In this document: positions 21,400 through 31,327 of the stretch, in pieces
How positions within the stretch are numbered: the first letter of the stretch is position 1
How the letters are laid out: every line of letters begins with the position of its first letter
Source of the DNA: Pseudomonas aeruginosa PAO1
GTDB taxonomy: Bacteria; Pseudomonadota; Gammaproteobacteria; Pseudomonadales; Pseudomonadaceae
DNA: 64,000 bases
NCBI RefSeq assembly: GCF_000006765.1
Contig: NC_002516.2
Reading direction: 5' to 3' (one strand)
Position numbers and translations under genes: made by a program
Notes under the pieces: generated by a model
Told to the model about the DNA's origin: nothing
What the model saw: the letters and a program-made list of their open reading frames with translations, nothing else
Databases searched by the model: none

Positions 21400-22344
21400 T
21401 CAGCGCTGGATTTCGCGGTCGCTGTCCAGCGTGTAAGGCAGATTGAGGAGGACGAGCGGCGCTCCTTCGGCGCTTCCGAGGCTGATCCGGCCGTCGGCGA
21501 CGGCGTCGTCTTGCAGCACGGCGAGCAATTCCACGCTGTTCTCCGGCGTACGGGCGGCCAGTACCACTTCGCCGACGCTGGTGGAATGGACTGGCGAGAA
21601 CAGCCCGGTGCCGGGCGCCGGCACCTCGTCTGCGTCCAGCGCCAGGCGATACAGGCGGCGCTTGAGGCGGCCGAGATACTGCATGCGGGCGACGATTTCC
21701 TGGCCGGTATAGCAGCCCTTCTTGAAGCTGACCCCGCCGACCGCCTGCAGGTTGATCATCTGTGGGATGAACAGCTCGCGGGTAGCGCCGAACACCTGGC
21801 CGATGCCTGCGCGCACCTGGCCGAGCAGCCAATCGTCGAGCGGCGCCTCGCGGCTGTGCTCGCGGAGCGTGGCAAGCACCGCCTCGGCGCGCTGCGCCGG
21901 AACCCATAGCTCGACGCGGCCGTCGCCCAGGGCGACGGCGAGCAGGTCGCCGTGGCGGGCGATCCTGCCGCTCTCCGCCGGGGTGTCTATCCCCAGGGCG
22001 CGCAGTGCCTCGCTGGCGTCGCGCAAGCCTATGCGGAGCCAGGCTGCGCTCTCGTCGGCAAGGCTGGCCTTGGAGAATACGGCGTATTTCTTCAGGTCCG
22101 CCAACTGGGCCTCGAGCAGCTCGCCGGCCATCGCCAGCAGCAGGCCGTCGCCCTCGGGCAGGATGCGGAAGCTCGATAGCAGGCGGCCCTTGATGTTGCA
22201 GCGGCCGCCGAGGCTGGAGGTCTCGTCGTTGAGGTAGGCGAGGTTGCAGGTCAGCTGGCCCTGGAGGAACTTGGCGGCGTCAGGGCCGCGGACGGCGAGG
22301 ATGCCTTCATGGACTAGCGGGGTGTGGAAAGCGGGGTCGGCCAT
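21400..22344 (-). CDS. ygfZ: Folate-binding Fe-S/tRNA-modification protein YgfZ
   Basis: Signature KGCYTGQE. Confidence 0.95.
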   Translation of the reverse strand: MADPAFHTPLVHEGILAVRGPDAAKFLQGQLTCNLAYLNDETSSLGGRCNIKGRLLSSFRILPEGDGLLLAMAGELLEAQLADLKKYAVFSKASLADESAAWLRIGLRDASEALRALGIDTPAESGRIARHGDLLAVALGDGRVELWVPAQRAEAVLATLREHSREAPLDDWLLGQVRAGIGQVFGATRELFIPQMINLQAVGGVSFKKGCYTGQEIVARMQYLGRLKRRLYRLALDADEVPAPGTGLFSPVHSTSVGEVVLAARTPENSVELLAVLQDDAVADGRISLGSAEGAPLVLLNLPYTLDSDREIQR

Positions 22345-22378
22345 TGCGATGCTGCGCGGTCAGTCAGTCAGGACCGTC

Positions 22379-22407
22379 ATCATAGAACTCGGTCCGAGGC
22401 TTGTCAG
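22379..22407 (-). promoter_or_regulatory. Putative sigma70 promoter of ygfZ
   Basis: CTGACA (22407-22402), N17, TATGAT (22384-22379). Confidence 0.6.
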
Positions 22408-22584
22408 CGGGCAAGAATGCCTGGCGCATCCGCCTTGGCGGTTGGCGGACACTTCCGAGGCCGCCGTCGGCATGGGCCTGCGTCCCGCGCGGATACCCTT
22501 GGTTTGCCGGGCAATACGACCAAGGGCGGACGCCGGCGGAGCGACGCCTCGTCATCGGGCCGCGCCATTCGAGCGCAACCGCCC

Positions 22585-22590
22585 TATAAT
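22585..22590 (+). promoter_or_regulatory. Consensus -10 box upstream of sdhE
   Basis: TATAAT, 26 nt before the ATG; the -35 match is poor. Confidence 0.45.
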
Positions 22591-22616
22591 GCCGGGCGTT
22601 TTCGAGGAGCCCGAAC

Positions 22617-22871
22617 ATGGCAGATGAAACCGAACTGAAACGACTCTACTGGCACAGCCGTCGCGGCATGCTGGAACTGGATGTGCTGCTGGTGCCTTTC
22701 GTGCAGGAGGTTTACCCGGGCCTGGACGCCGAGGACCAGGCGCGCTTCCGCAAGCTGCTGGAGTGCGAGGACCAGGACATGTTCGGTTGGTTCATGCAGC
22801 GCGGCGAGCCGGAAGACGCCGACCTGCGGCGGATGGTGCGGATGATCCTGGACCGTGTCCAGCCGGATTGA
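22617..22871 (+). CDS. sdhE: FAD assembly factor SdhE (YgfY)
   Basis: [11 protein letters not shown] motif; 84 aa. Confidence 0.95.
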   Translation: MADETELKRLYWHSRRGMLELDVLLVPFVQEVYPGLDAEDQARFRKLLECEDQDMFGWFMQRGEPEDADLRRMVRMILDRVQPD

Positions 22872-23307
22872 GCCGTTCGAATGCCGCTGGCGGGTCTCTC
22901 CGATCCTGCTGGCGGCGAGCCTGGCACTGTGGGCCCTGGCGCTGCTGTCGATCCTGCTGGCGGCGCTGCCGGTCTGGCTGAAGCCGCCGCTTGCGCTGGT
23001 CTGCCTGGCCTACGGTGCCTGGGGGCTGTACCGCCAGGTACTGCTGCGCGGCTCGCGGGCCTTCCGCGGCGTGCGCCATGACGAGCGGGGCTGGCAGCTG
23101 TGGAGCGCCGGAAGCGGCTGGCAAGCGGTGCAATTGCGCCCTGACAGCCTGGCGTTGCCCTGGCTGATCGTACTGCGCGTGCGCCTGCCGGGCCGCTGGC
23201 GCATCCTTGGCTGCTGTATCCCGGCCGATGCATTGGGCGCCGACAGCCATCGGCGCCTGCGTGTCCGCCTGCGCTTCAGTCGCCGTAGATGGGCGGCACC
23301 AGGATAG
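22855..23307 (+). CDS. ygfX: YgfX-like inner-membrane protein, 150 aa
   Basis: GTG start overlaps the sdhE stop; two TM helices; C-terminal RRLRVRL; canonical sdhE-ygfX synteny. Confidence 0.8.
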   Translation: MSSRIEPFECRWRVSPILLAASLALWALALLSILLAALPVWLKPPLALVCLAYGAWGLYRQVLLRGSRAFRGVRHDERGWQLWSAGSGWQAVQLRPDSLALPWLIVLRVRLPGRWRILGCCIPADALGADSHRRLRVRLRFSRRRWAAPG

Positions 23308-24892
23308 TGTCGCGGGCTTCGGGCAGCAGGTCCGGATAATCCAGCGTGTAGTGCAGGCCCCGGCTTTCGCGGCGCTGCATGGCCGAGCGGATGATCAGTT
23401 CGGCGACCAGTGCCAGGTTGCGCAACTCGATCAGGTCGCGGCTGACCTTGTAGTTGCTGTAGAACTCGTCGATCTCGCTGAGCAGCAGGCGTACCCGGTG
23501 CTGGGCGCGCTGCAGGCGCTTGTTGGTGCGCACGATACCGACGTAGTCCCACATGAAACGCCGCAGTTCGTCCCAGTTGTGCGCGATGATCACGTCCTCG
23601 TCGGAGTCGGTGACCTGGCTGGCGTCCCAGCTCGGCAGGCTTTCCGGCACGGGCGTGCCGGGCAGGCGCTGGAGCATGTCGGCGGCGGCAGAGCGGGCAT
23701 AGACGAAGCATTCCAGCAGCGAATTGCTGGCCATGCGGTTGGCGCCGTGCAGGCCGGTGAAGGTGGTTTCGCCGATGGCGTAGAGGCCCGGCACGTCGGT
23801 ATGCCCGTGCTGGTCGACGAGCACGCCGCCGCAGGTATAGTGAGCGGCCGGCACTACCGGGATCGGTTGCTGGGTAATGTCGATGCCGAAGTCCAGGCAG
23901 CGCTCGTAGACGGTGGGGAAGTGCGCCTTGATGAACTCGGCCGGCTTGTGGCTGATGTCCAGGTAGACGCAGTCGATCCCCAGACGCTTCATTTCATGGT
24001 CGATGGCGCGGGCCACGATATCCCGGGGCGCCAGCTCGCCACGCGGGTCGAAGCGCGGCATGAAACGCTCGCCATTGGGCAGGCGGAGCAGGGCGCCTTC
24101 GCCGCGCAATGCCTCGGTGATGAGGAAACTCTTGGCCTGCGGGTGGTACAGGCAGGTCGGGTGGAACTGGTTGAACTCCAGGTTGCCGACCCGGCAGCCG
24201 GCGCGCCAGGCCATGGCGATGCCGTCGCCGGAGTTGCCGTCGGGATTGCTGGTATAAAGGTAGACCTTGCTCGCGCCACCGGAGGCCAGCACGCTGAAGC
24301 GGGCACGGAAGGTATCGACTTCGCCGCTTTCCCGATTCAGCACGTAGGCGCCCAGGCAGCGCTTGCTCGGCAGGCCTAGCTTGCGCTCGGTGATCAGGTC
24401 GACCGCCACCCGCTGCGACAGCAACTCGATGTTCGGTCGCCGCCGGGCCTGGGCCAGCAAGGTATTGAAGATCGCGGCGCCGGTGGCGTCGGCGGCATGG
24501 ATGATGCGCCGGTGGCTGTGCCCGCCTTCGCGGGTCAGGTGGTATTCGAAGCTGCCTTCCTCGTGGTTGTGCTGCTCGTCGCGGGTGAAGGGCACCCCCT
24601 GTTCGATCAGCCACTGGATCGCTTCGCGGCTATGCTCCACGGTGAAGCGCACCGCATCCTCGCGGCACAGGCCGCCACCGGCGACCAGGGTGTCCTCGAC
24701 GTGGGATTCCACGGTGTCGGTATCGTCCAGCACGGCGGCCACGCCGCCCTGGGCCCAGTAGGTCGAGCCCTGCGACAGTTCGCCCTTGCTGAGGACGGCG
24801 ATGCGCAGGTGTTCCGGAAGGGTCAAGGCCAGACTCAGGCCGGCGGCGCCGCTGCCGATGACCAGTACATCGTGTTGATAATGTTGGCTCAT
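23276..24892 (-). CDS. nadB: L-aspartate oxidase, 538 aa
   Basis: GSGAAGL FAD motif, [22 protein letters not shown], and RESRGLH. Confidence 0.97.
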   Translation of the reverse strand: MSQHYQHDVLVIGSGAAGLSLALTLPEHLRIAVLSKGELSQGSTYWAQGGVAAVLDDTDTVESHVEDTLVAGGGLCREDAVRFTVEHSREAIQWLIEQGVPFTRDEQHNHEEGSFEYHLTREGGHSHRRIIHAADATGAAIFNTLLAQARRRPNIELLSQRVAVDLITERKLGLPSKRCLGAYVLNRESGEVDTFRARFSVLASGGASKVYLYTSNPDGNSGDGIAMAWRAGCRVGNLEFNQFHPTCLYHPQAKSFLITEALRGEGALLRLPNGERFMPRFDPRGELAPRDIVARAIDHEMKRLGIDCVYLDISHKPAEFIKAHFPTVYERCLDFGIDITQQPIPVVPAAHYTCGGVLVDQHGHTDVPGLYAIGETTFTGLHGANRMASNSLLECFVYARSAAADMLQRLPGTPVPESLPSWDASQVTDSDEDVIIAHNWDELRRFMWDYVGIVRTNKRLQRAQHRVRLLLSEIDEFYSNYKVSRDLIELRNLALVAELIIRSAMQRRESRGLHYTLDYPDLLPEARDTILVPPIYGD

Positions 24893-25030
24893 GCCCGCAT
24901 TTCCCCGTGGTGGAGCCCTAGTATATAGAAGGGCCTGGCGGCACAATAGCGCACCCCCGCTGCCGGTCCGGCGGATGAGCTGCGGGCCTGTCATCGGCAG
25001 GCGTCATCAGAGCGGGGCGATGTAGTGCTG

Positions 25031-25057
25031 GAACTTTCTTAGACGCATCGGTTCCAA
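25031..25057 (+). promoter_or_regulatory. AlgU (sigmaE)-dependent promoter of algU (distal, P3-type)
   Basis: GAACTT-N16-TCCAA. Confidence 0.8.
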
Positions 25058-25214
25058 AGCAGGATGCCTGAAGACCTCGTCCGGTTGGCCTACCCAGCGG
25101 CACAGAGGCCGGGCCCTGAGCCCGATGCAATCCATTTTCGCGGGGCCCGGACACGATGTCCGGGGCCGCACGTCACGAGCGAGGAAAAAACTCGTGACGC
25201 ATGCTTGGAGGGGA

Positions 25215-25241
25215 GAACTTTTGCAAGAAGCCCGAGTCTAT
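25215..25241 (+). promoter_or_regulatory. AlgU (sigmaE)-dependent promoter of algU (proximal, P1-type)
   Basis: GAACTT-N16-TCTAT. Confidence 0.85.
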
Positions 25242-25300
25242 CTTGGCAAGACGATTCGCTGGGACGCTCGAAGCTCCTCCAGGTTCGAAGAGGAGCTTTC

Positions 25301-25882
25301 ATGCTAACCCAGGAACAGGATCAGCAACTGGTTGAACGGGTACAGCGCGGAGACAAGCGGGCTTTCGATCTGCTGGTACTGAAATACCAGCACAAGATAC
25401 TGGGATTGATCGTGCGGTTCGTGCACGACGCCCAGGAAGCCCAGGACGTAGCGCAGGAAGCCTTCATCAAGGCATACCGTGCGCTCGGCAATTTCCGCGG
25501 CGATAGTGCTTTTTATACCTGGCTGTATCGGATCGCCATCAACACCGCGAAGAACCACCTGGTCGCTCGCGGGCGTCGGCCACCGGACAGCGATGTGACC
25601 GCAGAGGATGCGGAGTTCTTCGAGGGCGACCACGCCCTGAAGGACATCGAGTCGCCGGAACGGGCGATGTTGCGGGATGAGATCGAGGCCACCGTGCACC
25701 AGACCATCCAGCAGTTGCCCGAGGATTTGCGCACGGCCCTGACCCTGCGCGAGTTCGAAGGTTTGAGTTACGAAGATATCGCCACCGTGATGCAGTGTCC
25801 GGTGGGGACGGTACGGTCGCGGATCTTCCGCGCTCGTGAAGCAATCGACAAAGCTCTGCAGCCTTTGTTGCGAGAAGCCTGA
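25301..25882 (+). CDS. algU: ECF sigma factor AlgU (AlgT/sigma22), 193 aa
   Basis: MLTQEQDQQLVERVQ, FYTWLYRIAINTAKN, and GTVRSRIFRAR. Confidence 0.99.
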   Translation: MLTQEQDQQLVERVQRGDKRAFDLLVLKYQHKILGLIVRFVHDAQEAQDVAQEAFIKAYRALGNFRGDSAFYTWLYRIAINTAKNHLVARGRRPPDSDVTAEDAEFFEGDHALKDIESPERAMLRDEIEATVHQTIQQLPEDLRTALTLREFEGLSYEDIATVMQCPVGTVRSRIFRAREAIDKALQPLLREA

Positions 25883-25913
25883 CACAGCGGCAAATGCCAA
25901 GAGAGGTATCGCT

Positions 25914-26498
25914 ATGAGTCGTGAAGCCCTGCAGGAAACTCTGTCCGCTGTGATGGATAACGAAGCGGATGAACTCGAGTTGCGGCGGGTGCTCGCAGCT
26001 TGCGGCGAGGATGCCGAGCTGCGTTCCACCTGGTCGCGTTACCAGTTGGCGCGGTCCGTCATGCACCGCGAGCCTACCCTGCCGAAGCTGGATATCGCTG
26101 CGGCGGTCTCTGCTGCCCTGGCCGACGAGGCCGCTCCGCCGAAAGCGGAGAAGGGACCGTGGCGGATGGTCGGTCGCCTGGCGGTCGCTGCCTCGGTGAC
26201 CCTGGCGGTGCTGGCCGGCGTGCGTCTGTACAACCAGAACGACGCCCTGCCGCAAATGGCGCAACAGGGGACCACCCCGCAGATCGCCCTGCCTCAGGTG
26301 AAAGGCCCGGCCGTGCTGGCCGGCTACAGCGAAGAGCAGGGGGCGCCGCAGGTGATCACCAACTCCTCGTCCAGCGATACCCGCTGGCATGAGCAGCGTC
26401 TGCCGATCTACCTGCGTCAGCACGTGCAACAATCCGCCGTCAGTGGTACAGAGAGCGCGCTGCCCTACGCTCGGGCAGCCAGCCTGGAAAACCGCTGA
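25914..26498 (+). CDS. mucA: Anti-sigma factor MucA, full length 194 aa
   Basis: MSREALQETLSAVMD; single TM; intact G5 tract at 26339-26343. Confidence 0.98.
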   Translation: MSREALQETLSAVMDNEADELELRRVLAACGEDAELRSTWSRYQLARSVMHREPTLPKLDIAAAVSAALADEAAPPKAEKGPWRMVGRLAVAASVTLAVLAGVRLYNQNDALPQMAQQGTTPQIALPQVKGPAVLAGYSEEQGAPQVITNSSSSDTRWHEQRLPIYLRQHVQQSAVSGTESALPYARAASLENR

Positions 26499-26506
26499 GG
26501 AGAGAC

Positions 26507-27457
26507 ATGCGCACCACCTCCCTGTTGCTTTTGCTTGGCAGCCTGATGGCGGTTCCCGCCACTCAGGCTGCCGACGCTTCCGACTGGCTGAATCGTCTCG
26601 CCGAGGCCGATCGCCAGAACAGTTTCCAAGGCACCTTCGTCTACGAGCGCAATGGCAGCTTCTCCACCCATGAGATCTGGCATCGCGTGGAGAGCGATGG
26701 TGCGGTTCGCGAGCGCCTGCTCCAGCTCGACGGCGCGCGCCAGGAAGTGGTCCGGGTCGACGGGCGCACCCAGTGCATCAGCGGCGGCCTTGCCGACCAA
26801 CTGGCCGATGCCCAGCTGTGGCCGGTGCGCAAGTTCGATCCCTCCCAGCTGGCTTCCTGGTACGACCTGCGCCTGGTCGGCGAATCCCGTGTCGCCGGCC
26901 GCCCGGCAGTGGTCCTTGCGGTGACTCCGCGCGACCAGCATCGCTACGGCTTCGAGCTGCACCTGGACCGCGACACCGGCCTGCCGTTGAAGTCGCTGCT
27001 GCTGAACGAGAAGGGGCAGTTGCTCGAGCGCTTCCAGTTCACCCAGTTGAATACCGGCGCGGCACCTGCCGAAGACCAGTTGCAGGCGGGCGCCGAATGC
27101 CAGGTCGTCGGCCCGGCCAAGGCCGACGGCGAGAAGACCGTGGCCTGGCGCTCGGAATGGCTGCCGCCAGGTTTCACCCTGACCCGCAGTTTCATGCGTC
27201 GCAGTCCGGTCACCCCCGATCCGGTCGCCTGCCTGACCTATGGCGATGGCCTGGCACGATTCTCGGTGTTCATCGAGCCGCTGCACGGTGCCATGGTTGG
27301 CGACGCGCGCAGCCAGCTCGGCCCGACCGTGGTGGTTTCCAAGCGCCTGCAGACCGATGACGGCGGCCAGATGGTGACCGTCGTCGGCGAAGTGCCGCTG
27401 GGCACCGCCGAGCGGGTGGCGCTGTCCATCCGGCCCGAGGCCGCCGCCCAGAAATGA
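26507..27457 (+). CDS. mucB: Periplasmic MucB (RseB)
   Basis: Signal peptide, SFQGTFVYER, and operon position. Confidence 0.97.
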   Translation: MRTTSLLLLLGSLMAVPATQAADASDWLNRLAEADRQNSFQGTFVYERNGSFSTHEIWHRVESDGAVRERLLQLDGARQEVVRVDGRTQCISGGLADQLADAQLWPVRKFDPSQLASWYDLRLVGESRVAGRPAVVLAVTPRDQHRYGFELHLDRDTGLPLKSLLLNEKGQLLERFQFTQLNTGAAPAEDQLQAGAECQVVGPAKADGEKTVAWRSEWLPPGFTLTRSFMRRSPVTPDPVACLTYGDGLARFSVFIEPLHGAMVGDARSQLGPTVVVSKRLQTDDGGQMVTVVGEVPLGTAERVALSIRPEAAAQK

Positions 27458-27909
27458 TCGAGGAGCAGGGGCGAGTGGTGGCGACCGAGCCGGGAGCGGT
27501 ATGGGTCGAGACCGTGCGCCGCAGTACCTGCTCGTCCTGCTCGGCCAATGCCGGTTGCGGCCAGGGGCTGATGCAGCGCCTGGGCGTCGGCGCGGGGCGT
27601 GCCCGGGTGCGCGCGTTGAGCGACCTGAGCCTGCGGGTCGGCGATGCGGTCGTCCTAGGAATTCATGAAGACCTGTTGTTGCGCGCCTCCGTCCTCTTCT
27701 ATCTTTTCCCTCTGCTCGGTTTTTTCGTGGCAGCATTGCTGGCGACCCGGGCGGGCCTTGTCGAACCTCTGATCATCGTGTCCGGGCTGGCGGGTTTGCT
27801 GGCGGCCTGGCTATTGGTGCGTCGGCATGCTCGTCGTCATGCCGATGATCCAGCCTCGCAGCCGGTGGTTCTGCGAGCGCTGATTTCCGGGCCGTCCGAT
27901 TCGGCCTGA
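27454..27909 (+). CDS. mucC: MucC (RseC)
   Basis: CSSCSANAGCGQG cysteine motif and two TMs. Confidence 0.95.
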   Translation: MIEEQGRVVATEPGAVWVETVRRSTCSSCSANAGCGQGLMQRLGVGAGRARVRALSDLSLRVGDAVVLGIHEDLLLRASVLFYLFPLLGFFVAALLATRAGLVEPLIIVSGLAGLLAAWLLVRRHARRHADDPASQPVVLRALISGPSDSA

Positions 27910-27948
27910 GTCTTTCTCTTCCCTCGAACATCACGGGAGCTGTAGTCG

Positions 27949-29373
27949 ATGCATACCCTAAAACGCTGTATGGCTGCGATGGTGGCCTTGCTGGCCTTGA
28001 GCCTGGCGATGACGGCCCGGGCAGAACTGCCGGACTTCACGCCTTTGGTCGAACAGGCGTCGCCGGCGGTGGTGAATATCAGTACGCGGCAGAAGCTGCC
28101 GGATCGCGCCATGGCGCGCGGGCAGCTGTCGATCCCCGACCTCGAAGGGCTGCCGCCGATGTTCCGCGACTTCCTCGAGCGCAGCATCCCGCAGGTTCCG
28201 CGCAATCCGCGCGGGCAGCAGCGCGAGGCGCAATCGCTGGGTTCCGGCTTCATCATCTCCAACGACGGCTACATCCTCACCAACAATCACGTCGTGGCCG
28301 ATGCCGACGAGATCCTGGTGCGCCTGTCCGACCGTAGCGAGCACAAGGCCAAGTTGATCGGCGCGGACCCGCGCAGCGACGTGGCGGTGCTGAAGATCGA
28401 GGCGAAGAACCTGCCGACCCTGAAACTGGGCGATTCGAACAAGCTGAAAGTGGGCGAATGGGTCCTGGCCATCGGTTCGCCGTTCGGCTTCGATCACTCG
28501 GTCACCGCCGGTATCGTCAGTGCCAAGGGTCGTAGCCTGCCGAACGAGAGCTACGTACCCTTCATCCAGACCGACGTGGCGATCAACCCGGGTAACTCCG
28601 GCGGTCCGCTGCTGAACCTGCAGGGCGAAGTGGTCGGCATCAACTCGCAGATCTTCACCCGTTCCGGCGGCTTCATGGGCCTGTCCTTCGCCATTCCGAT
28701 CGATGTCGCGCTGAACGTCGCCGACCAGTTGAAGAAAGCCGGCAAGGTCAGTCGCGGCTGGCTGGGCGTGGTGATCCAGGAAGTGAACAAGGATCTCGCC
28801 GAGTCCTTCGGCCTCGACAAGCCGTCCGGCGCGCTGGTGGCGCAACTGGTGGAAGACGGCCCGGCGGCCAAGGGTGGCCTGCAGGTGGGCGATGTGATCC
28901 TCAGCCTGAACGGCCAGTCGATCAACGAGTCCGCCGACCTGCCGCACCTGGTGGGCAACATGAAGCCGGGCGACAAGATCAACCTGGACGTGATTCGCAA
29001 CGGCCAGCGCAAGTCCCTGAGCATGGCGGTAGGCAGCCTTCCGGACGACGACGAGGAAATCGCCTCGATGGGCGCTCCGGGCGCCGAGCGCAGCAGCAAC
29101 CGCCTGGGCGTGACCGTCGCCGACCTGACCGCCGAGCAGCGCAAGAGCCTGGATATCCAGGGCGGCGTGGTGATCAAGGAAGTCCAGGACGGTCCGGCCG
29201 CGGTCATCGGCCTGCGTCCGGGCGATGTCATCACCCACCTGGACAACAAGGCGGTGACCTCGACCAAGGTCTTCGCCGACGTGGCCAAGGCCCTGCCGAA
29301 GAACCGTTCGGTTTCGATGCGGGTGCTGCGCCAGGGACGCGCCAGCTTCATTACCTTCAAGCTGGCCGAATAA
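27949..29373 (+). CDS. mucD: HtrA/DegP-family protease MucD
   Basis: TNNHVV, DVAVLK and GNSGGPL catalytic triad; two PDZ domains. Confidence 0.97.
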   Translation: MHTLKRCMAAMVALLALSLAMTARAELPDFTPLVEQASPAVVNISTRQKLPDRAMARGQLSIPDLEGLPPMFRDFLERSIPQVPRNPRGQQREAQSLGSGFIISNDGYILTNNHVVADADEILVRLSDRSEHKAKLIGADPRSDVAVLKIEAKNLPTLKLGDSNKLKVGEWVLAIGSPFGFDHSVTAGIVSAKGRSLPNESYVPFIQTDVAINPGNSGGPLLNLQGEVVGINSQIFTRSGGFMGLSFAIPIDVALNVADQLKKAGKVSRGWLGVVIQEVNKDLAESFGLDKPSGALVAQLVEDGPAAKGGLQVGDVILSLNGQSINESADLPHLVGNMKPGDKINLDVIRNGQRKSLSMAVGSLPDDDEEIASMGAPGAERSSNRLGVTVADLTAEQRKSLDIQGGVVIKEVQDGPAAVIGLRPGDVITHLDNKAVTSTKVFADVAKALPKNRSVSMRVLRQGRASFITFKLAE

Positions 29374-29384
29374 GCCGGCTGGCG

Positions 29385-29413
29385 AAAAAAGGGCGGTTTC
29401 CACCGCCCTTTTT
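29385..29413. terminator. Bidirectional-type terminator after mucD
   Basis: A6-GGGCGG-TTTCCA-CCGCCC-T5. Confidence 0.85.
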
Positions 29414-29522
29414 CATGCCCGTCAATCCGTTACCTGCGTGACGCCTTGCCCGAGCATCAGGTAAACTCCCCGGCTATTTTTCGGCGGATTGCCGCCCTTG
29501 CCCTTTTCGAGTGTGTTGAGCC

Positions 29523-31322
29523 GTGAGCGACCTGAGCCATATCCGCAATTTCTCCATCATTGCCCATATCGACCATGGCAAGTCGACGCTGGCCGATCGC
29601 TTCATCCAGATGTGCGGCGGCCTCTCCGATCGCGAAATGGAGGCCCAGGTCCTGGACTCCATGGACCTGGAGCGCGAGCGCGGGATCACCATCAAGGCCC
29701 ACAGCGTGACCCTGCACTACAAGGCGCAGGACGGTAAGACCTACCAGCTCAACTTCATCGATACCCCCGGCCACGTCGACTTCACCTACGAAGTCAGCCG
29801 CTCGCTGGCCGCCTGCGAGGGCGCGCTGCTGGTAGTGGACGCCGGCCAGGGCGTCGAGGCGCAGTCCGTCGCCAACTGCTACACCGCCATCGAGCAGGGG
29901 CTGGAAGTGATGCCCGTGCTGAACAAGATGGACCTGCCCCAGGCCGAGCCGGAGCGGGTGAAAGAGGAAATCGAGAGCATCATCGGCATCGACGCCACCG
30001 ACGCCGTGGCCTGCAGCGCCAAGAGCGGGATGGGCGTGCTGGAGGTGCTGGAGCGCCTGGTGACCGCCATCCCCGCCCCGGAAGGCGAGATCGAGGCGCC
30101 GCTGCAGGCGCTGATCATCGACTCCTGGTTCGACAACTACCTCGGCGTGGTCTCGCTGGTACGGGTGAAGAACGGCCGGGTGAAGAAGGGCGACAAGATC
30201 CTGGTGAAGTCCACCGGCAAGGTCCACCAGGTGGACAGCGTCGGGGTATTCACTCCGAAGCACACCGAGACCGTCGACCTGAAGGCGGGCGAGGTGGGCT
30301 TCATCATCGCCGGTATCAAGGATATCCACGGCGCGCCGGTGGGCGATACGCTGACCCTGAACAACACGCCGGACGTCGAGGTCCTGCCGGGCTTCAAGCG
30401 GGTCAAGCCGCAGGTCTACGCGGGCCTGTTCCCGGTCAGCTCGGACGATTTCGAGGACTTCCGCGACGCCCTGCAGAAACTGACCCTCAACGACTCGTCG
30501 CTGCAATACGAGCCGGAAAGCTCCGAAGCCCTGGGCTTCGGCTTCCGTTGCGGCTTCCTCGGCATGCTGCACATGGAGATCATCCAGGAGCGCCTGGAGC
30601 GCGAATACGACCTGGACCTGATCACCACCGCGCCCACGGTGGTCTTCGAGATCGTGCAGAAGAATGGCGAGATCATCTACGTCGACAACCCGTCCAAGCT
30701 CCCGGACCTGGCGTCGATCCAGGAAATGCGCGAACCGATCTGCCGCGCCACCATCCTGGTGCCCAAGGACCACCTGGGCAACGTGATCACCCTGTGCATC
30801 GAGAAGCGCGGCGTGCAGCGCGACATGCACTTCCTCAGCGGCCAGGTGCAGGTGGTCTACGACCTGCCGATGAACGAGGTGGTGCTCGACTTCTTCGATC
30901 GCCTCAAGTCCACCAGCCGCGGCTATGCTTCCCTGGACTACAGCTTCGATCGTTTCGAGCCGTCCAACCTGGTTCGTCTCGACGTGCTGATCAATGGCGA
31001 GAAGGTCGACGCCCTCGCCCTGATCGTCCACCGCGACAACGCCCCCTACAAGGGCCGCCAGCTGGTGGAGAAAATGAAGGAACTGATCCCGCGGCAGATG
31101 TTCGACGTGGCGATCCAGGCAGCCATCGGTGGGCAGATCATCGCCCGCTCGACGGTCAAGGCGCTCAGGAAGAACGTGCTGGCCAAGTGTTACGGTGGCG
31201 ACGTGAGCCGTAAACGCAAGCTGCTGGAGAAGCAGAAGGCTGGTAAGAAAAGGATGAAGCAGGTCGGTAGCGTGGAAATTCCCCAGGAAGCCTTCCTCGC
31301 CGTGCTCAAAGTGGATAGCTAG
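29523..31322 (+). CDS. lepA: Elongation factor 4 LepA
   Basis: [18 protein letters not shown], and C-terminal [18 protein letters not shown]. Confidence 0.99.
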   Translation: MSDLSHIRNFSIIAHIDHGKSTLADRFIQMCGGLSDREMEAQVLDSMDLERERGITIKAHSVTLHYKAQDGKTYQLNFIDTPGHVDFTYEVSRSLAACEGALLVVDAGQGVEAQSVANCYTAIEQGLEVMPVLNKMDLPQAEPERVKEEIESIIGIDATDAVACSAKSGMGVLEVLERLVTAIPAPEGEIEAPLQALIIDSWFDNYLGVVSLVRVKNGRVKKGDKILVKSTGKVHQVDSVGVFTPKHTETVDLKAGEVGFIIAGIKDIHGAPVGDTLTLNNTPDVEVLPGFKRVKPQVYAGLFPVSSDDFEDFRDALQKLTLNDSSLQYEPESSEALGFGFRCGFLGMLHMEIIQERLEREYDLDLITTAPTVVFEIVQKNGEIIYVDNPSKLPDLASIQEMREPICRATILVPKDHLGNVITLCIEKRGVQRDMHFLSGQVQVVYDLPMNEVVLDFFDRLKSTSRGYASLDYSFDRFEPSNLVRLDVLINGEKVDALALIVHRDNAPYKGRQLVEKMKELIPRQMFDVAIQAAIGGQIIARSTVKALRKNVLAKCYGGDVSRKRKLLEKQKAGKKRMKQVGSVEIPQEAFLAVLKVDS

Positions 31323-31327
31323 AACCC

